The notes below the pieces were generated by a model, which saw nothing but the letters and a program-made list of their open reading frames with translations, ran no database searches and was not told the origin of the DNA. The translations under genes were made by a program, and so were the position numbers. This document shows, piece after piece, positions 51,048 to 61,003 of a stretch of DNA of 64,000 nt. Origin of the DNA: an uncultured Bacteroidota bacterium (lineage in GTDB: Bacteria > Bacteroidota > Rhodothermia > Rhodothermales > Rubricoccaceae); contig CAWKCB010000004.1 in assembly GCA_963848075.1 (NCBI GenBank), positions 1,270,376 to 1,334,375 of the forward strand. The letters are read 5' to 3'. Positions within the stretch are counted from its first letter, which is position 1. Every line of letters begins with the position of its first letter.

Positions 51048-53561
51048 TCACCACCTCGCCGAGACGCTGACGACGGGCCAGCCGGGCAGGCCACGGGGGT
51101 CGGTCGCGAGGGGGAGGCCGACGCCTCCCGTTCCCGGGCCCGCGGGCGACGCGCGCGGCCGGGCCGTCACCTGGGCCAGCGTGGTCCATCGGATCCCCCA
51201 CAGGGCCGCGTTGGCGCCGACGGCGGCGCCCGCGCGGACCTGCACGGCGTCGCGCACGCCGTTGGGCCGGGCCAGGCCGGACTCGACGTCGAGGCGCACG
51301 GCGGCGGTCCACGGCCCCCGGCCGCGCTGGGCGATGAGCCCCAGCGCGACGGGCCGGTCGTAGGCCGAGGGCCGCCAGTCGCCGCCCGGCTCGGGGCGGA
51401 CCTGGGCTCGGGCCAGCGCGCCGCTCAGCCCGAGCGTCCAATCGCCTCGGCCGTAGCGGGCCGCCAGCTCGACGCCGGCCGCTCGGCCGTCGTGGGGTGG
51501 GTGGGCCCGCAGGAGATCCGCCGGGACGACGCCGGCCTCGCGTGCCGAGGCCTCCAGCGGCTCCAGCAGGCCCCGCGACCGCCGGCCGTACACGTCGACG
51601 CTGAACGCGAACGGGTCCGCCGGGGCCCACTCGGCGCCGGCGCCGACCTGCCACGCCCGCGCCAGCGGCACGTCGCGGCCGGTGAGGAGCCAGCGCGACG
51701 CCGCGAGCGCATACCGACCGCTGACCCGGTCGCGGACGCGCTGGACGGCCTGCGTCTGGCGGCTGACACCGGCGCGGACGACCAGCCGGTCGGCGTCGGG
51801 CGTCCACCGAGCGAACAGGCGCGGGCTGAGGTCGAGGCCCAGCACGCGGCCGTCGTCGGCGCGGACCTCGGCGCGGAGGCCGGGTTGGACCTGCCACCCC
51901 TCCGCCGGCCGCCACGTGTCCATCGCGTAGACGGCCATCTCGGCCACGCGCTGCTCGCCCTCGGTGGTCCCGTCCGGGCCGAGCTGGGCGCCGTCGACGG
52001 CGCGGTGCGCGAGTTGGACGCCGAACCGCACCTGGTGCGCGAGCGACACGAAGCGGTCCACGTCGAGCGACGCGCCGTGCTCGACGAGCGCCTGGTCCGT
52101 CTGGGCCACGGCCGAGGGGAACCGCCGCTCCTCGGTCGCCGCGTGACCGGTCCGGTACGCGAGCGCCGACAGCAGCGTCTTCTGGCCCTGGAGCCCGCGG
52201 TACCGTGCCGACGCCGAGTGCGTCCGCCAGCCGTAGTCGAGCCCGCCGGCCACGCCCGGCAGGTCGATGCGGACGGCGTCGGTCCCGAGCGCTCCGGCGA
52301 CGTCGACGTGTGCGTGTTCACCGACGGCCGCGCTCAGCTTGACGTCGGCGTCGGCGAACGCGACGGTGGGGGCGTGGCCGCGACGGAACGGGTCGCCGCC
52401 GGTCGGGTCCAGGACCCACGCGCCGCCCTCAGCACGCAAGCCCGGCCGCAAGATCGGCCCGAGGACTGACCGCCGCAGGCCGACGTGGACGCCGACGCGG
52501 TCGCCCAGCGGCACGTCGGCCACGGCCCGGACGTCGACGGCGCCCAGGCCGACCGTCCGCAGCGTGTCGCCGTGGAGGGCGTCGGTCGTCTCGACGTCCA
52601 GGACGGCCGCGAGCCCGCCGCCGAGGGGGGCCGGCAGCGAGCCCCGGTGGAACCGGACGCGCGACAGGGCCTCCGGCTGGAACGCCGAGAACAGCCCGAA
52701 GGCGTGCCACGGCTCGTACAGCGGGACGCCGTCGCGGACGTAGCGCGTCTGGGTCGGGTCCGCCCCCCGGACCACCAAAGCGCCCGACGCGCCGCCGGTC
52801 CGCGACAGGCCCGGCAGCCACGACAGCGTCGCCGCCAGGTCGGCCTCGCCCAAGGCGTAGGGGATCGCGGCGGCCTGGCGGGCGCCCAACTCCGTCATCC
52901 CCGGCGTGGGCCCGGGCGGGTCGGGCCCGGCGACGACCGGCGTGTCGGGCGCCTCGACGGTCTCGGCCTGGAGCCGGACGGTCGGCGGCAAGCGCGGCGA
53001 GTCGGGGAACACGTCGAGCTCCAAGCGGACCGGCCGGTACCCGACGTGCGACACGCGGACGACGTAGCGGCCCGTCGGGAGGTCGGGCACGGCGAACCCG
53101 CCGTCGTAGGCGACGACGTCGCCCAGGCCCAGGTCGACGAGCCAGACGTGGGCGCCCATCAGCGCTGCGCTCGTCTCGGCGTCCACCACGCGTCCGTCGA
53201 GCGTGCCCGTGTACGCCTCGCGCTCGGTCTCGCCGGCCACCGTCACGTTGAGCGGCTCCTTGATCAGGACGTACTGGCCCGCCCGGATCCGCTCGGCGCG
53301 GACGCCCGTGCTGCGCAAAAGGTAGCGCAGCGCCCGGTCGGGGTCGTCCGACGCCCGGAAGCGGCCGCTCACCCGGATGTCGTCGACCAGCCGCAAGGCG
53401 AACACCAACTCCAGGCCGGTCGCCTCGGCGAGTTCGTAGAGCGCCTCCGACAGCGGGGCGTTCACCCAGACGAACTCGGCCTCCGACTGCGCCGCCGCCG
53501 GGCGCGCCGCGCCCAGGGCGAGCACGGCCGCGAGCACGGCGACGGGAGCGGAGAGGCGCAT
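51048..53561 (-). CDS. TonB-dependent receptor with N-terminal STN signalling domain and CarboxypepD_reg-like domain
   Basis: Signal peptide. STN-like LSEALYELAEATGLELVF ... LLRSTGVRAE. Then GRVVDAETSAALMGAHVWL (Cna-like/CarboxypepD_reg), a plug, and a beta-barrel ending in aromatic W. Confidence 0.85.
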   Translation of the reverse strand: MRLSAPVAVLAAVLALGAARPAAAQSEAEFVWVNAPLSEALYELAEATGLELVFALRLVDDIRVSGRFRASDDPDRALRYLLRSTGVRAERIRAGQYVLIKEPLNVTVAGETEREAYTGTLDGRVVDAETSAALMGAHVWLVDLGLGDVVAYDGGFAVPDLPTGRYVVRVSHVGYRPVRLELDVFPDSPRLPPTVRLQAETVEAPDTPVVAGPDPPGPTPGMTELGARQAAAIPYALGEADLAATLSWLPGLSRTGGASGALVVRGADPTQTRYVRDGVPLYEPWHAFGLFSAFQPEALSRVRFHRGSLPAPLGGGLAAVLDVETTDALHGDTLRTVGLGAVDVRAVADVPLGDRVGVHVGLRRSVLGPILRPGLRAEGGAWVLDPTGGDPFRRGHAPTVAFADADVKLSAAVGEHAHVDVAGALGTDAVRIDLPGVAGGLDYGWRTHSASARYRGLQGQKTLLSALAYRTGHAATEERRFPSAVAQTDQALVEHGASLDVDRFVSLAHQVRFGVQLAHRAVDGAQLGPDGTTEGEQRVAEMAVYAMDTWRPAEGWQVQPGLRAEVRADDGRVLGLDLSPRLFARWTPDADRLVVRAGVSRQTQAVQRVRDRVSGRYALAASRWLLTGRDVPLARAWQVGAGAEWAPADPFAFSVDVYGRRSRGLLEPLEASAREAGVVPADLLRAHPPHDGRAAGVELAARYGRGDWTLGLSGALARAQVRPEPGGDWRPSAYDRPVALGLIAQRGRGPWTAAVRLDVESGLARPNGVRDAVQVRAGAAVGANAALWGIRWTTLAQVTARPRASPAGPGTGGVGLPLATDPRGLPGWPVVSVSARW

Positions 53562-53616
53562 CGGCAGAGGATAGAGACGGCGTCAACGGACGGCCCCCGC
53601 GCGTCCGCGCCCGCCT

Positions 53617-54771
53617 CTACTCCACGATCCGGAACCCGTCGCCCTCGGCCTCGACGCGGGCGCCGAAGGCCAGGGCCACCTTGTCGAGCGCGTCGCGCAG
53701 GCCGTCGGCGCCGTACTCGCCGTCGGAGACGGGCTCGCCCGCGAGCGCCGGGGCGACGGAGACGGCCACGCCGAAGCGGTCCGCCAGCTGGCGGGCGACC
53801 TCGCCGACGGTCAGGCCCCGGGCGAAGACGGACCCGGTCCACGCGAGTGTGCCCAGGTCGGCCGGCTCGGGCGCGGTCGGGGCGTCGAGCGCGAGCACGC
53901 GGCTCCGCTCGCCGGGCGCCAGGCGGACCGCCGCGTCGGGCGTGGCCCGGGGCATCAGCGTCACGGCGCCCTGGACGAGGGTCACCTCGGTCTCGACGTC
54001 GGTCGCGTCGACGGTGAACGTGGTGCCGAGCACCATCACCTCGGCGTTGGGCGTCGTCACCTCGAACGGGCGAGCCGGGTCGTGGGCGATGCGGAAGAAG
54101 GCTCGGCCACCGAGCATCCGCGCCTGGCGGGGCTCGTCCGCGGACACCCGGAGCCGGGCGCCGTCGGCGAGTTGGATCGTCGAGCCGTCGTCGAACGCGA
54201 CCGTCTGGGCGCCGGCCACGGTCTCCCAGCCGGCGTCGCGCATCGCGAGGAACGTGAGGACGCCGGCGAACGCGACGACGGCGACCAAGGCGGCCACGCG
54301 GGCGACCCAGCGGACCGGACGGGCGGACCGGAGCGCGGCCCGGTCGGCGGCCGGGCGGTCCGCAGCCCGGCGCGGGGCGGGCGCAAGGCGGACGGGCGCG
54401 GCCACGGTCGTCGGCGCGGAGGCGGCCTCGGCCCATGCCGCGTCGAAGGCGTCGCGGTCGGCCCGGATGCGGCGGACGGCGGCGACGAGCCCGGGGTGGG
54501 CAGCGAGCGCGGCGTCGAGCGCCGGCCGGGCCGCGTCGACCTGGGCGCGCTCGGCGTCCGTCAGCAGGTCGTCGTCGGCCAGGGCGTAGAGGACGAGCAG
54601 CGCGCGGTTGGGCAGGTCGCGCGCGAGCTCGGCCCGGACGCCGGCCCGCAAGCTCTGCCACCGCGCGAAGGCCTCGGAGAGCGCGGGGTGGTCGCGGAGC
54701 GCCGCGTCGAGGGCGGCCCGCTCGTCGGGCGGGAGCGCGTCGTAGAAGGCGAGGGCGTCGAGGTCGCTCAT
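53617..54771 (-). CDS. FecR-family anti-sigma factor / transmembrane sensor
   Basis: N-terminal anti-sigma region, single TM (VAALVAVVAFAGVLTFLA), and a FecR domain (GGRAFFRIAHDPARPFEVTTPNAEVMVLGTTF). Confidence 0.85.
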   Translation of the reverse strand: MSDLDALAFYDALPPDERAALDAALRDHPALSEAFARWQSLRAGVRAELARDLPNRALLVLYALADDDLLTDAERAQVDAARPALDAALAAHPGLVAAVRRIRADRDAFDAAWAEAASAPTTVAAPVRLAPAPRRAADRPAADRAALRSARPVRWVARVAALVAVVAFAGVLTFLAMRDAGWETVAGAQTVAFDDGSTIQLADGARLRVSADEPRQARMLGGRAFFRIAHDPARPFEVTTPNAEVMVLGTTFTVDATDVETEVTLVQGAVTLMPRATPDAAVRLAPGERSRVLALDAPTAPEPADLGTLAWTGSVFARGLTVGEVARQLADRFGVAVSVAPALAGEPVSDGEYGADGLRDALDKVALAFGARVEAEGDGFRIVE

Positions 54772-54782
54772 AGGGAGGGGGG

Positions 54783-55346
54783 TCAGGCCGCGAAGGCGGC
54801 GAGGACGAGGACGGCGAGGGCCTGGAGGGTGCCGTCGGTCAGCAAGTCGCGGAGCTTGTCGAAAGCTCGCTTGACTTGCATCTTGACGGCGGCCTCGGTC
54901 GTGTCGAGCGTCTCGGCGATCTCGGCGTAGGGGTAGCCGAGCTCGCGGAGCTCCAAGATGGTCCGGGCGTGGTCGGTAAGGGTGGCCAGGGCGGCCTCGA
55001 GGTCGATCCGGAGCCCGACGTCGTCGGCGTCGACCGAGCCCGGGGTCGGGAGGTCGGGGTCGAACAGGGCCTCGCGCGTCGAGTAGCGGCCGCGGTAGAA
55101 GTCCTGGAGCTCGAAGAGCGCGGCCTTCATCGCGAACGCCTTGAAGCGGTCCGGCCGCTGGAGCGCGTCGAGGCCGCGGTGGACGCGCAAAAGTGCGTTC
55201 TGGACCAGGTCGTCGACCTCGGGCGCGCCCCCGATGCGGCTGCGGAAGAAGGCCTGGATGGGCGACGCGACGGCGGCGAGCAGAGCCTCGCGAGCAGCAG
55301 CGTCGCCAGCCTGGGCACGAGAGACGGCGTCGGGGTGGAAGGGCAT
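54783..55346 (-). CDS. ECF (RpoE-like) sigma-70 family factor
   Basis: Region 2 (DDLVQNALLRVHRGL) and region 4 HTH (ELGYPYAEIAETLDTTEAAVKMQVKRA). Lies 11 nt upstream of fecR. Confidence 0.9.
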   Translation of the reverse strand: MPFHPDAVSRAQAGDAAAREALLAAVASPIQAFFRSRIGGAPEVDDLVQNALLRVHRGLDALQRPDRFKAFAMKAALFELQDFYRGRYSTREALFDPDLPTPGSVDADDVGLRIDLEAALATLTDHARTILELRELGYPYAEIAETLDTTEAAVKMQVKRAFDKLRDLLTDGTLQALAVLVLAAFAA

Positions 55347-55663
55347 GGGCGGGACGCCCCAAGGGGGGCACGAGGTGAGCCGCCGCTCGGCCTCGCAGAG
55401 TCACGCGAGGTTCCGGACGACGGTTGGCGAATCTCGGGACCGCACGCTCGCGGCGCCACACGAGCGCTCCGGCGCGGGGCGCCGACGACGACGGTCACCG
55501 TCGGGGCGGGGTCCCCTTTCCAGACGCCCGTCTCGAATGGAGCTGGAGCGGAAACCGACCGGAATCTGGGGGCGACCCGGAGGTCAGGGCGCGCCGAGCG
55601 TGACGCCACGTCCACGGAGTCCGTCGCTTTCGCGTCGCCCGGGCAGGCCGTCCTTGGGGACCG

Positions 55664-56476
55664 CTACTCCGCCGCCGTCTCCTCGCCGCCGCCAGCCGTC
55701 CGCCACCCCTGGTAGGCCCGGTCGTAGAGGGCCTGGGCCTCGGCCAGGACGGGGCTCTGGGGGAAGAGCGTCGTGAGCTGGTCGTACAGGTCGAGCGCCG
55801 ACCGGTAGCGCGAGAGCTGGCGGTCGCGGACGCTGCCGTCGGCGTAGGCGGCCTGGGCGCGGAGCGCGCCGAGCAGCGCGTCGTCGGCGTAGACGCTCGA
55901 CGGGTACTCGTCCAAGACGCCGCGGTACTTGATGACCGCGGCCTCGTAGTACTCGCGGCGCTCGTAGAGCCGCCCGCCCTGGTACTCCTTGCGGGCCAGC
56001 TTCTCGCGGAGCTCGGCGGCCAGCGCCTCGGCGGTCGCCGTGTTGGGGCTGGCCGGGTACTGCTGGAGGTAGATCCGGATGTAGCTCAGCGCCTGGCGCG
56101 TGTCGGTCTGGTCGAGCTCGTAGCGCGGGCTGAGCTCGGCGTAGGCCTGGATCCGCTCGAACGCGGCCTGCTCGACGCGCGGGTCGGTCCGGTAGAACTC
56201 GATAAAGCGGGTGAACTCGTTGCCCGCGAGCAGGTACTGCCGGTCCGCCGCGTAGGCCCGGGCGAGGGCGAGCTGGGCGTCGTCGGCGAGCTCACCGGTC
56301 CGGCCGAAGTCGAGGGCCGCGCGGAGGTACTCCGTCGCCAGGGCGGGCTTGCCGCGCTCGGCCGCCTCGACGCCCCGGTCGTACGCTTCCTGAGCCGATC
56401 CGAACGTCGTGGGGCCGCCTCCACAGCCCCCGAGGGCGACGACGACGAGGGCGAGGAGCCCAGAGCGAATCGGCAT
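55664..56476 (-). CDS. bamD: outer membrane protein assembly factor BamD (YfiO-like TPR lipoprotein)
   Basis: Lipobox LGGC and TPR-like repeats with the typical BamD pattern (YLLAGNEFTRFIEFYRTDPRVEQAAF ...). ATG 56476 chosen. Confidence 0.8.
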   Translation of the reverse strand: MPIRSGLLALVVVALGGCGGGPTTFGSAQEAYDRGVEAAERGKPALATEYLRAALDFGRTGELADDAQLALARAYAADRQYLLAGNEFTRFIEFYRTDPRVEQAAFERIQAYAELSPRYELDQTDTRQALSYIRIYLQQYPASPNTATAEALAAELREKLARKEYQGGRLYERREYYEAAVIKYRGVLDEYPSSVYADDALLGALRAQAAYADGSVRDRQLSRYRSALDLYDQLTTLFPQSPVLAEAQALYDRAYQGWRTAGGGEETAAE

Positions 56477-56563
56477 GGAGGGTCGGGAGGGGGCGGGGCG
56501 CGATGCGGGCACGAACGGGGCCGGGGATGGCTTATTGCAGCCCAAGCTCGCCCCCCGGCGTCC

Positions 56564-56593
56564 GGGCAATGGGAATGGGGAACGGGGAAATGG
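56564..56593 (+). repeat. degenerate G-tract heptads GGGCAAT GGGAATG GGGAACG GGGAAAT GG
   Basis: Direct reading. Located in the bamD upstream intergenic region. Confidence 0.8.
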
Positions 56594-56729
56594 CAGACGC
56601 CGAGTGAAGGCCGGAGCGTCTCGCGGTCCGCCCTCCGCCGTTCGTCTCCTCCTGAATCCGCTGGACCTGCCTGTGCTCAGGACGGAAGGGTGGGAGCGGA
56701 TGCCCTCTCGCCTCCTCGCGGAGCGGGGA

Positions 56730-58121
56730 TCACTCCAGCAGCACCGCCTGCCCGTCGCGGAAGCCGAGCACGTAGAGGGCCTCGTTGACCTGGCCGCCGT
56801 CGAACCGGAAGCGGTGGCCGAGCCCCTCGAACAGCGTGGCCTGGCGGATCGCGTCGGCCAGGTCCGACTCGTCCGTGTCGAGGGTCGTGAGCACGAACCG
56901 CGTGATGTCGTAGCCGATGATCGCGAGCCGGTCCTGGCCGATCCCGGCGAGCTCGCGGTAGCGGCGGCCGAAGGCGTCGGCGGCGCCGGGGGCGACGAAA
57001 AAGTCCTGGGTGAACACGGCGCCCAACCGGCTGGCCCGGGCCGTCGACGACGAGAGCCCCTCCCACTCGGTGTTGCCGAGCGGGCGCGGCGCGCGGCCGA
57101 GCGCGTCGAGGGCCCGGAGCGCGTCGGCGGCGTAGCGCGGGGCGTCGCGCCCGGTCACGGGGAGGTAGACCGCGTCGACGCCCCGGAGCGCCCCCTCGCC
57201 GATGGCCCGGTCGAGGTCCTCCCACTGGGCCGCGTCGGCGAGCGACTCCTGGAACCGGATCGAGGCGCCGAGCCGGCTCGCCTCGGTCGCGAACGCCCCG
57301 GCCATGTCGGCGCCCAGCGTCCCCCGCTGCGAGGCCACGCCCAGGCGGTCGGCCCCGAGCCGGCCGACGGCGTAGCGGGCCATCGCCCGGCCCCGCGCCG
57401 GGAACGTCGGGTTGGCCTGGAACACGAACCGGCGGCCCTGGCCGACGGCCTCGTCGGTCGCCAGCGGGGCCATCAGCACCACGCCCGCGGCCTCGGCCTC
57501 GGCCCCCGCCATCGCGGCCTCGTCGCTGAAGAGGGGCCCCACGATCGCGTCGGCGCCCTGGCCGACGACGCCCTCGACGGCCTGCCGCGCGCCGTCGCCG
57601 GTCCCGCGCGAGTCGCGGAACACCATCCGCACCGGGCGCCCCCGGCCGGACGCGTTCCGCTCGTCGACGGCGATCCGGATCCCGTTGAACAGCGCCTGCC
57701 CGAGGTAGCCGTCGGACCCGGCGACGGGCAGGACGATGCCGAGGTCGAACGGCCGTCCGCGCCCGCTCGCTCCGCCCTGGCCCGCGAGACCTCGGACGCG
57801 CCGGGCCTCGTCGGCGTAGCGGCTCGACGGGTAGGCCGAGACCAACCGGTCGGCCGCCGCCAAGGCCGCGTCGAAGTCGCCGTCGGCGTAGGCCGCCTTG
57901 GCCACCATCAGCGTCGCCGCCGTCGTCCGCTCGTTGTAGCCGAACTCGTCGGCGGCGCGGGCGAAGAGCCGCTCGGCCTCGGCGTACTCGCCCTGGCCGT
58001 ACGACGCGAGCCCGTTCTGGAAGGCGGCCTCGGCCGCGGGCACGGCCTCAGCCGTCGCCGGCTGGGCTCCGGCGGGGCTCGCAACAGCGGCGAGCAGGAC
58101 GAGACAGAGGAGGCGGACCAC
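56730..58121 (-). CDS. periplasmic binding protein type I (LivK-like) with N-terminal TPR-like region
   Basis: Signal peptide from GVG-independent GTG 58121 (VVRLLCLVLLAAVASPAGAQ), a TPR-like segment, then a LivK-like pattern (IVLPVAGSDGYLGQALFNGIRIAVDE ... ADAIVGPLFS). ATG 58208 is an alternative start. Confidence 0.7.
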   Translation of the reverse strand: MVRLLCLVLLAAVASPAGAQPATAEAVPAAEAAFQNGLASYGQGEYAEAERLFARAADEFGYNERTTAATLMVAKAAYADGDFDAALAAADRLVSAYPSSRYADEARRVRGLAGQGGASGRGRPFDLGIVLPVAGSDGYLGQALFNGIRIAVDERNASGRGRPVRMVFRDSRGTGDGARQAVEGVVGQGADAIVGPLFSDEAAMAGAEAEAAGVVLMAPLATDEAVGQGRRFVFQANPTFPARGRAMARYAVGRLGADRLGVASQRGTLGADMAGAFATEASRLGASIRFQESLADAAQWEDLDRAIGEGALRGVDAVYLPVTGRDAPRYAADALRALDALGRAPRPLGNTEWEGLSSSTARASRLGAVFTQDFFVAPGAADAFGRRYRELAGIGQDRLAIIGYDITRFVLTTLDTDESDLADAIRQATLFEGLGHRFRFDGGQVNEALYVLGFRDGQAVLLE

Positions 58122-58220
58122 GGCGAGGGGGGGCGGACGGGAGGGGGTGGGCAAGATCCGACCGTCCGCCCGGCCCGGCAAGGCGAACGGTCGCTCTCCG
58201 CCGGGCACGCGCCGAATCCT

Positions 58221-58628
58221 TCAGCCCGACGCGAGCGAGCGGCCGACGGCCAGCCCCAGCGCCACGAACGCGAGCCCGACAGCGACGCTCCCCGCCGCGT
58301 TGGCGACCGCCAGCCCGCGCCGCCCGGCCTCCCACAGCACCACCGTGTCGGCCGAGTAGGTCGAGAACGTCGTGAACGACCCGAGCACGCCGACAAGGAC
58401 GGCCAGCCGAGCGTCGTCGCCTTTGACCAGGGGGAGCGCCAGCCCGATCAGCAGGCAGCCCAGCGCGTTCGCCGCCCACGTCCCCCACGGGACGCCGGGG
58501 CCGGCCACCCGGAGCGCGAGCAGCCCGACCCCGTACCGCATCACCGCGCCGACGGCGCCCCCGAGGGCTACGAGCAGAAACGGGCGGAGGGCGATGGCGC
58601 GAGGGCGGAGAGTCCAGGCGTCGAACAT
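58221..58628 (-). CDS. crcB: fluoride ion channel CrcB
   Basis: GTWAANALGCLLIG and GVLGSFTTFSTY motifs; 135 aa with 4 TM. Confidence 0.9.
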   Translation of the reverse strand: MFDAWTLRPRAIALRPFLLVALGGAVGAVMRYGVGLLALRVAGPGVPWGTWAANALGCLLIGLALPLVKGDDARLAVLVGVLGSFTTFSTYSADTVVLWEAGRRGLAVANAAGSVAVGLAFVALGLAVGRSLASG

Positions 58629-58678
58629 AGCCGATGGCTGTGGCCGTCGGCCACGTCGCGCCCGCGACGGACGCCGAG

Positions 58679-59704
58679 TCAGCCGCCGGTCTCGGCGAGG
58701 TACTCGGCACCGCGTCCCTTGATCTGCTCGTCCCAGACCTGCATCCACCCAGGCCCCTCCGTCGCCAGCCGGTCCCAGTCGAGGTCCATCGGCGTGTAGG
58801 TGTCGTCGCCCATCCAGCTGGGCAGGCGGTCGGCCGGGATGTCGGTGCGGGCGGGGATCCGGTGGAAGTCGGCGGCCTGGCGGACGAGCGCGTCGGGCGT
58901 GGTGACGAACTCGATGAACGCGCGCGCCAGGTCGGGCTGGGGGGCCCCGGCCGGGATGGCGACGGCGTCGACCAGGACGGGCGTGCCCGAGGTCGGCGCG
59001 TGGAACCCGAACGGGTAGTCCTGGGCTTGGAGGTAGGTGTCGGGCAGGTTCCACAGCGTCAGGTCGGCCTCGCCGCGGGCGATCTGGAGGTAGAGCTGGG
59101 TCGGGTTGGCGGCGTAGCCCTTCGTGTTCTGGTCGAGCCGGGCGAGCCATCGGTAGCCGTCTTGGACGGTCGGCTGGCGCAGGATGAGCGCGCCCCAGAT
59201 GGTCCGCATCGTGCCCGACTCGAGCGGCGAGCGGATCAGGAGCCGGTCGCGCCACTCCGGATCGAGGAGCGCGTCCCAGTCGACGGGGACGTCGCCGGTG
59301 GAGATGGCGTCGGTGTTGAAGAGGACGCCCTCGGGCGTGAGGTACGTCCCGTACCACCGGCCCTGGGCGTCCTTCGCCGCGTCCGGCACGGCGTCCGCCC
59401 ACGACGGCGCGAACGGCTGCAGGAGCGAGTCGGCCGCGGCCTGCATGAACAGGGTTTGGGGCGCGCCCCACCAGACCGACGCCTGGGGGTTGGCCCGCTC
59501 GCCCGCGATCCGGTCGTAGACCTCCTGGCTGCCCAGGTCGATCCACTGGACGTCGACCGTCGGGTTCTCGGTCTCGAACGCCTCTTCGTAGGCCCGGAGC
59601 ATCTCCTTGCCGTGGGGCGAGTAGACCAGGAGCGGCGTCCGCCCGTCGCCGGAGCAGGCGGAGAGCGCGACGGCAAAGGCAAGAACGAGCGCGAGACGGA
59701 GCAC
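58679..59704 (-). CDS. ABC-type extracellular solute-binding protein (Fe3+/polyamine-like family 1), orphan
   Basis: Lipoprotein signal VLRLALVLAFAVALSAC from GTG 59704 (TTG 59785 alternative). LLVYSPHGKEML ... VWWGAPQTLF pattern. No permease or ATPase gene is adjacent. Confidence 0.7.
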   Translation of the reverse strand: MLRLALVLAFAVALSACSGDGRTPLLVYSPHGKEMLRAYEEAFETENPTVDVQWIDLGSQEVYDRIAGERANPQASVWWGAPQTLFMQAAADSLLQPFAPSWADAVPDAAKDAQGRWYGTYLTPEGVLFNTDAISTGDVPVDWDALLDPEWRDRLLIRSPLESGTMRTIWGALILRQPTVQDGYRWLARLDQNTKGYAANPTQLYLQIARGEADLTLWNLPDTYLQAQDYPFGFHAPTSGTPVLVDAVAIPAGAPQPDLARAFIEFVTTPDALVRQAADFHRIPARTDIPADRLPSWMGDDTYTPMDLDWDRLATEGPGWMQVWDEQIKGRGAEYLAETGG

Positions 59705-59943
59705 GGCGGAGCGAGGGAGGGCCGCACCTATCGACCGGGGCCGCCCCGCGTTCCCCACCCGACCGGCCGCCACGAGAACGGGCAACGCTCGCGGACACGG
59801 GCGGAGTCCCGGCAGGGGTTAAGAATTGCGTGGCCGGCCCGAAACCGAACGCGGGCTCGTTGCCTATCATGGACCGCCCGGGTGGGGCCACTCCTCGGGC
59901 CCGACGGATCTGCCCGGGCTCCTCCCTCCGACTTCCCAGACCG

Positions 59944-60114
59944 ATGCCTACCCAGAAAGCCACCGTCTCGAAGGTCGCGCGGAAGGTCCTGTCGCGGCCG
60001 GAATGGGCCGCCCAACTCCTGGGGGCGACGCGAGCCGGGAAGGTGGTCAAGGTGAAGACGGGCGACCGAGTCGTCTACTTCCGCCCGTCCAGGAAGGAGT
60101 ACTCGGCGGGGTAG
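59944..60114 (+). CDS. small basic hypothetical protein
   Basis: 56 aa from ATG 59944 (MPTQKATVSKVARKVLSRPEWAAQLLGATRAGKVVKVKTGDRVVYFRPSRKEYSAG), ending 21 nt upstream of the next gene. Confidence 0.4.
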   Translation: MPTQKATVSKVARKVLSRPEWAAQLLGATRAGKVVKVKTGDRVVYFRPSRKEYSAG

Positions 60115-60135
60115 CGGGCACGGCCGGAGGCGCTC

Positions 60136-60999
60136 ATGAACCTTGCCCTCCCGGCCCTCGTCATCACCCTGCTGCTCCTGCCCGGCGTCCTGCTGAGCTA
60201 CACTTACCGGCGGGGGGTGTTCGGGAAGAGCCCGCTGTCGCTGGGGCCGTTCCAAAACGAGATCGGGCGTGGGATCGTGTGGGCGGTGGCCGTCCACGCC
60301 GTCGGCGCGCTGGTCGTCGGCGGGCTGCCGGGGACGGACCTCGACTCCAGCGCGTTCCTGGCGCTCCTGTCGGGGTGGCCCGGCGACGCGTCGGTCGGGC
60401 TCGCGGACGACTTCGCGGCCGTCCACCAGAACCTCCTCCCGATCGCGCTCTACGTCCTCGTGACGACGGCGGCGGCGGCGGGGGTCGGCCTCCTGCTGCA
60501 CGGGGCGGTCCGGCGGCTCCAGCTCGACCTCCGGTACCGGATGTTCCGGTTCGACAACGACTGGTACTACCTCCTCTCGGGCGAGGCCCGGGTGTTCCGG
60601 GCCGGCGAGGAGGCGCCCTCGCGCGACGAGATCCGGCAGGAGATGGAGCGGAAGTTCGGGTTCGCGATGGTCTCCGCGTTGGTCGAGCACGGCGGGAGCC
60701 TGGTCCTCTACTGGGGTGTCCTCGTCGACTACCACTTCGCCGACGGCGACCTGGACCGGCTGGTGATCGCGAACGCCCAGCGGCGCTCGCTCGACGTGGC
60801 GGCGGCCCGGGTGTACGGGACGCCCCCGCCGCCGCAAGACGAACGGTTCTACCCGATCGACGGGGACTACCTCGTGCTCCCGTACGCGGCGGTGAAGAAC
60901 CTCAACGTGACGTACTCGATCCAGGACGACGAGCCCCCCACGCCAGCCGAGGAGGCCGACGTGGTGGTCATCGACCTCGACCTCGACCCGGAGGCGTGA
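60136..60999 (+). CDS. hypothetical membrane protein (3 N-terminal TM helices + soluble C-terminal domain)
   Basis: TM segments LALPALVITLLLLPGVLLSY, IVWAVAVHAVGALVVGGL and LLPIALYVLVTTAAAAGVGLLL, then a RYRMFRFDNDWYYLL... beta-rich domain. No family verified. Confidence 0.6.
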   Translation: MNLALPALVITLLLLPGVLLSYTYRRGVFGKSPLSLGPFQNEIGRGIVWAVAVHAVGALVVGGLPGTDLDSSAFLALLSGWPGDASVGLADDFAAVHQNLLPIALYVLVTTAAAAGVGLLLHGAVRRLQLDLRYRMFRFDNDWYYLLSGEARVFRAGEEAPSRDEIRQEMERKFGFAMVSALVEHGGSLVLYWGVLVDYHFADGDLDRLVIANAQRRSLDVAAARVYGTPPPPQDERFYPIDGDYLVLPYAAVKNLNVTYSIQDDEPPTPAEEADVVVIDLDLDPEA

Positions 61000-61003
61000 G
61001 CGT

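Noticed and set aside
58629-58678. Fluoride riboswitch upstream of crcB
   Set aside because: Only about 50 nt separate crcB from the upstream gene. I could not recognise the conserved crcB-motif core in it by eye. An Rfam scan would be decisive.
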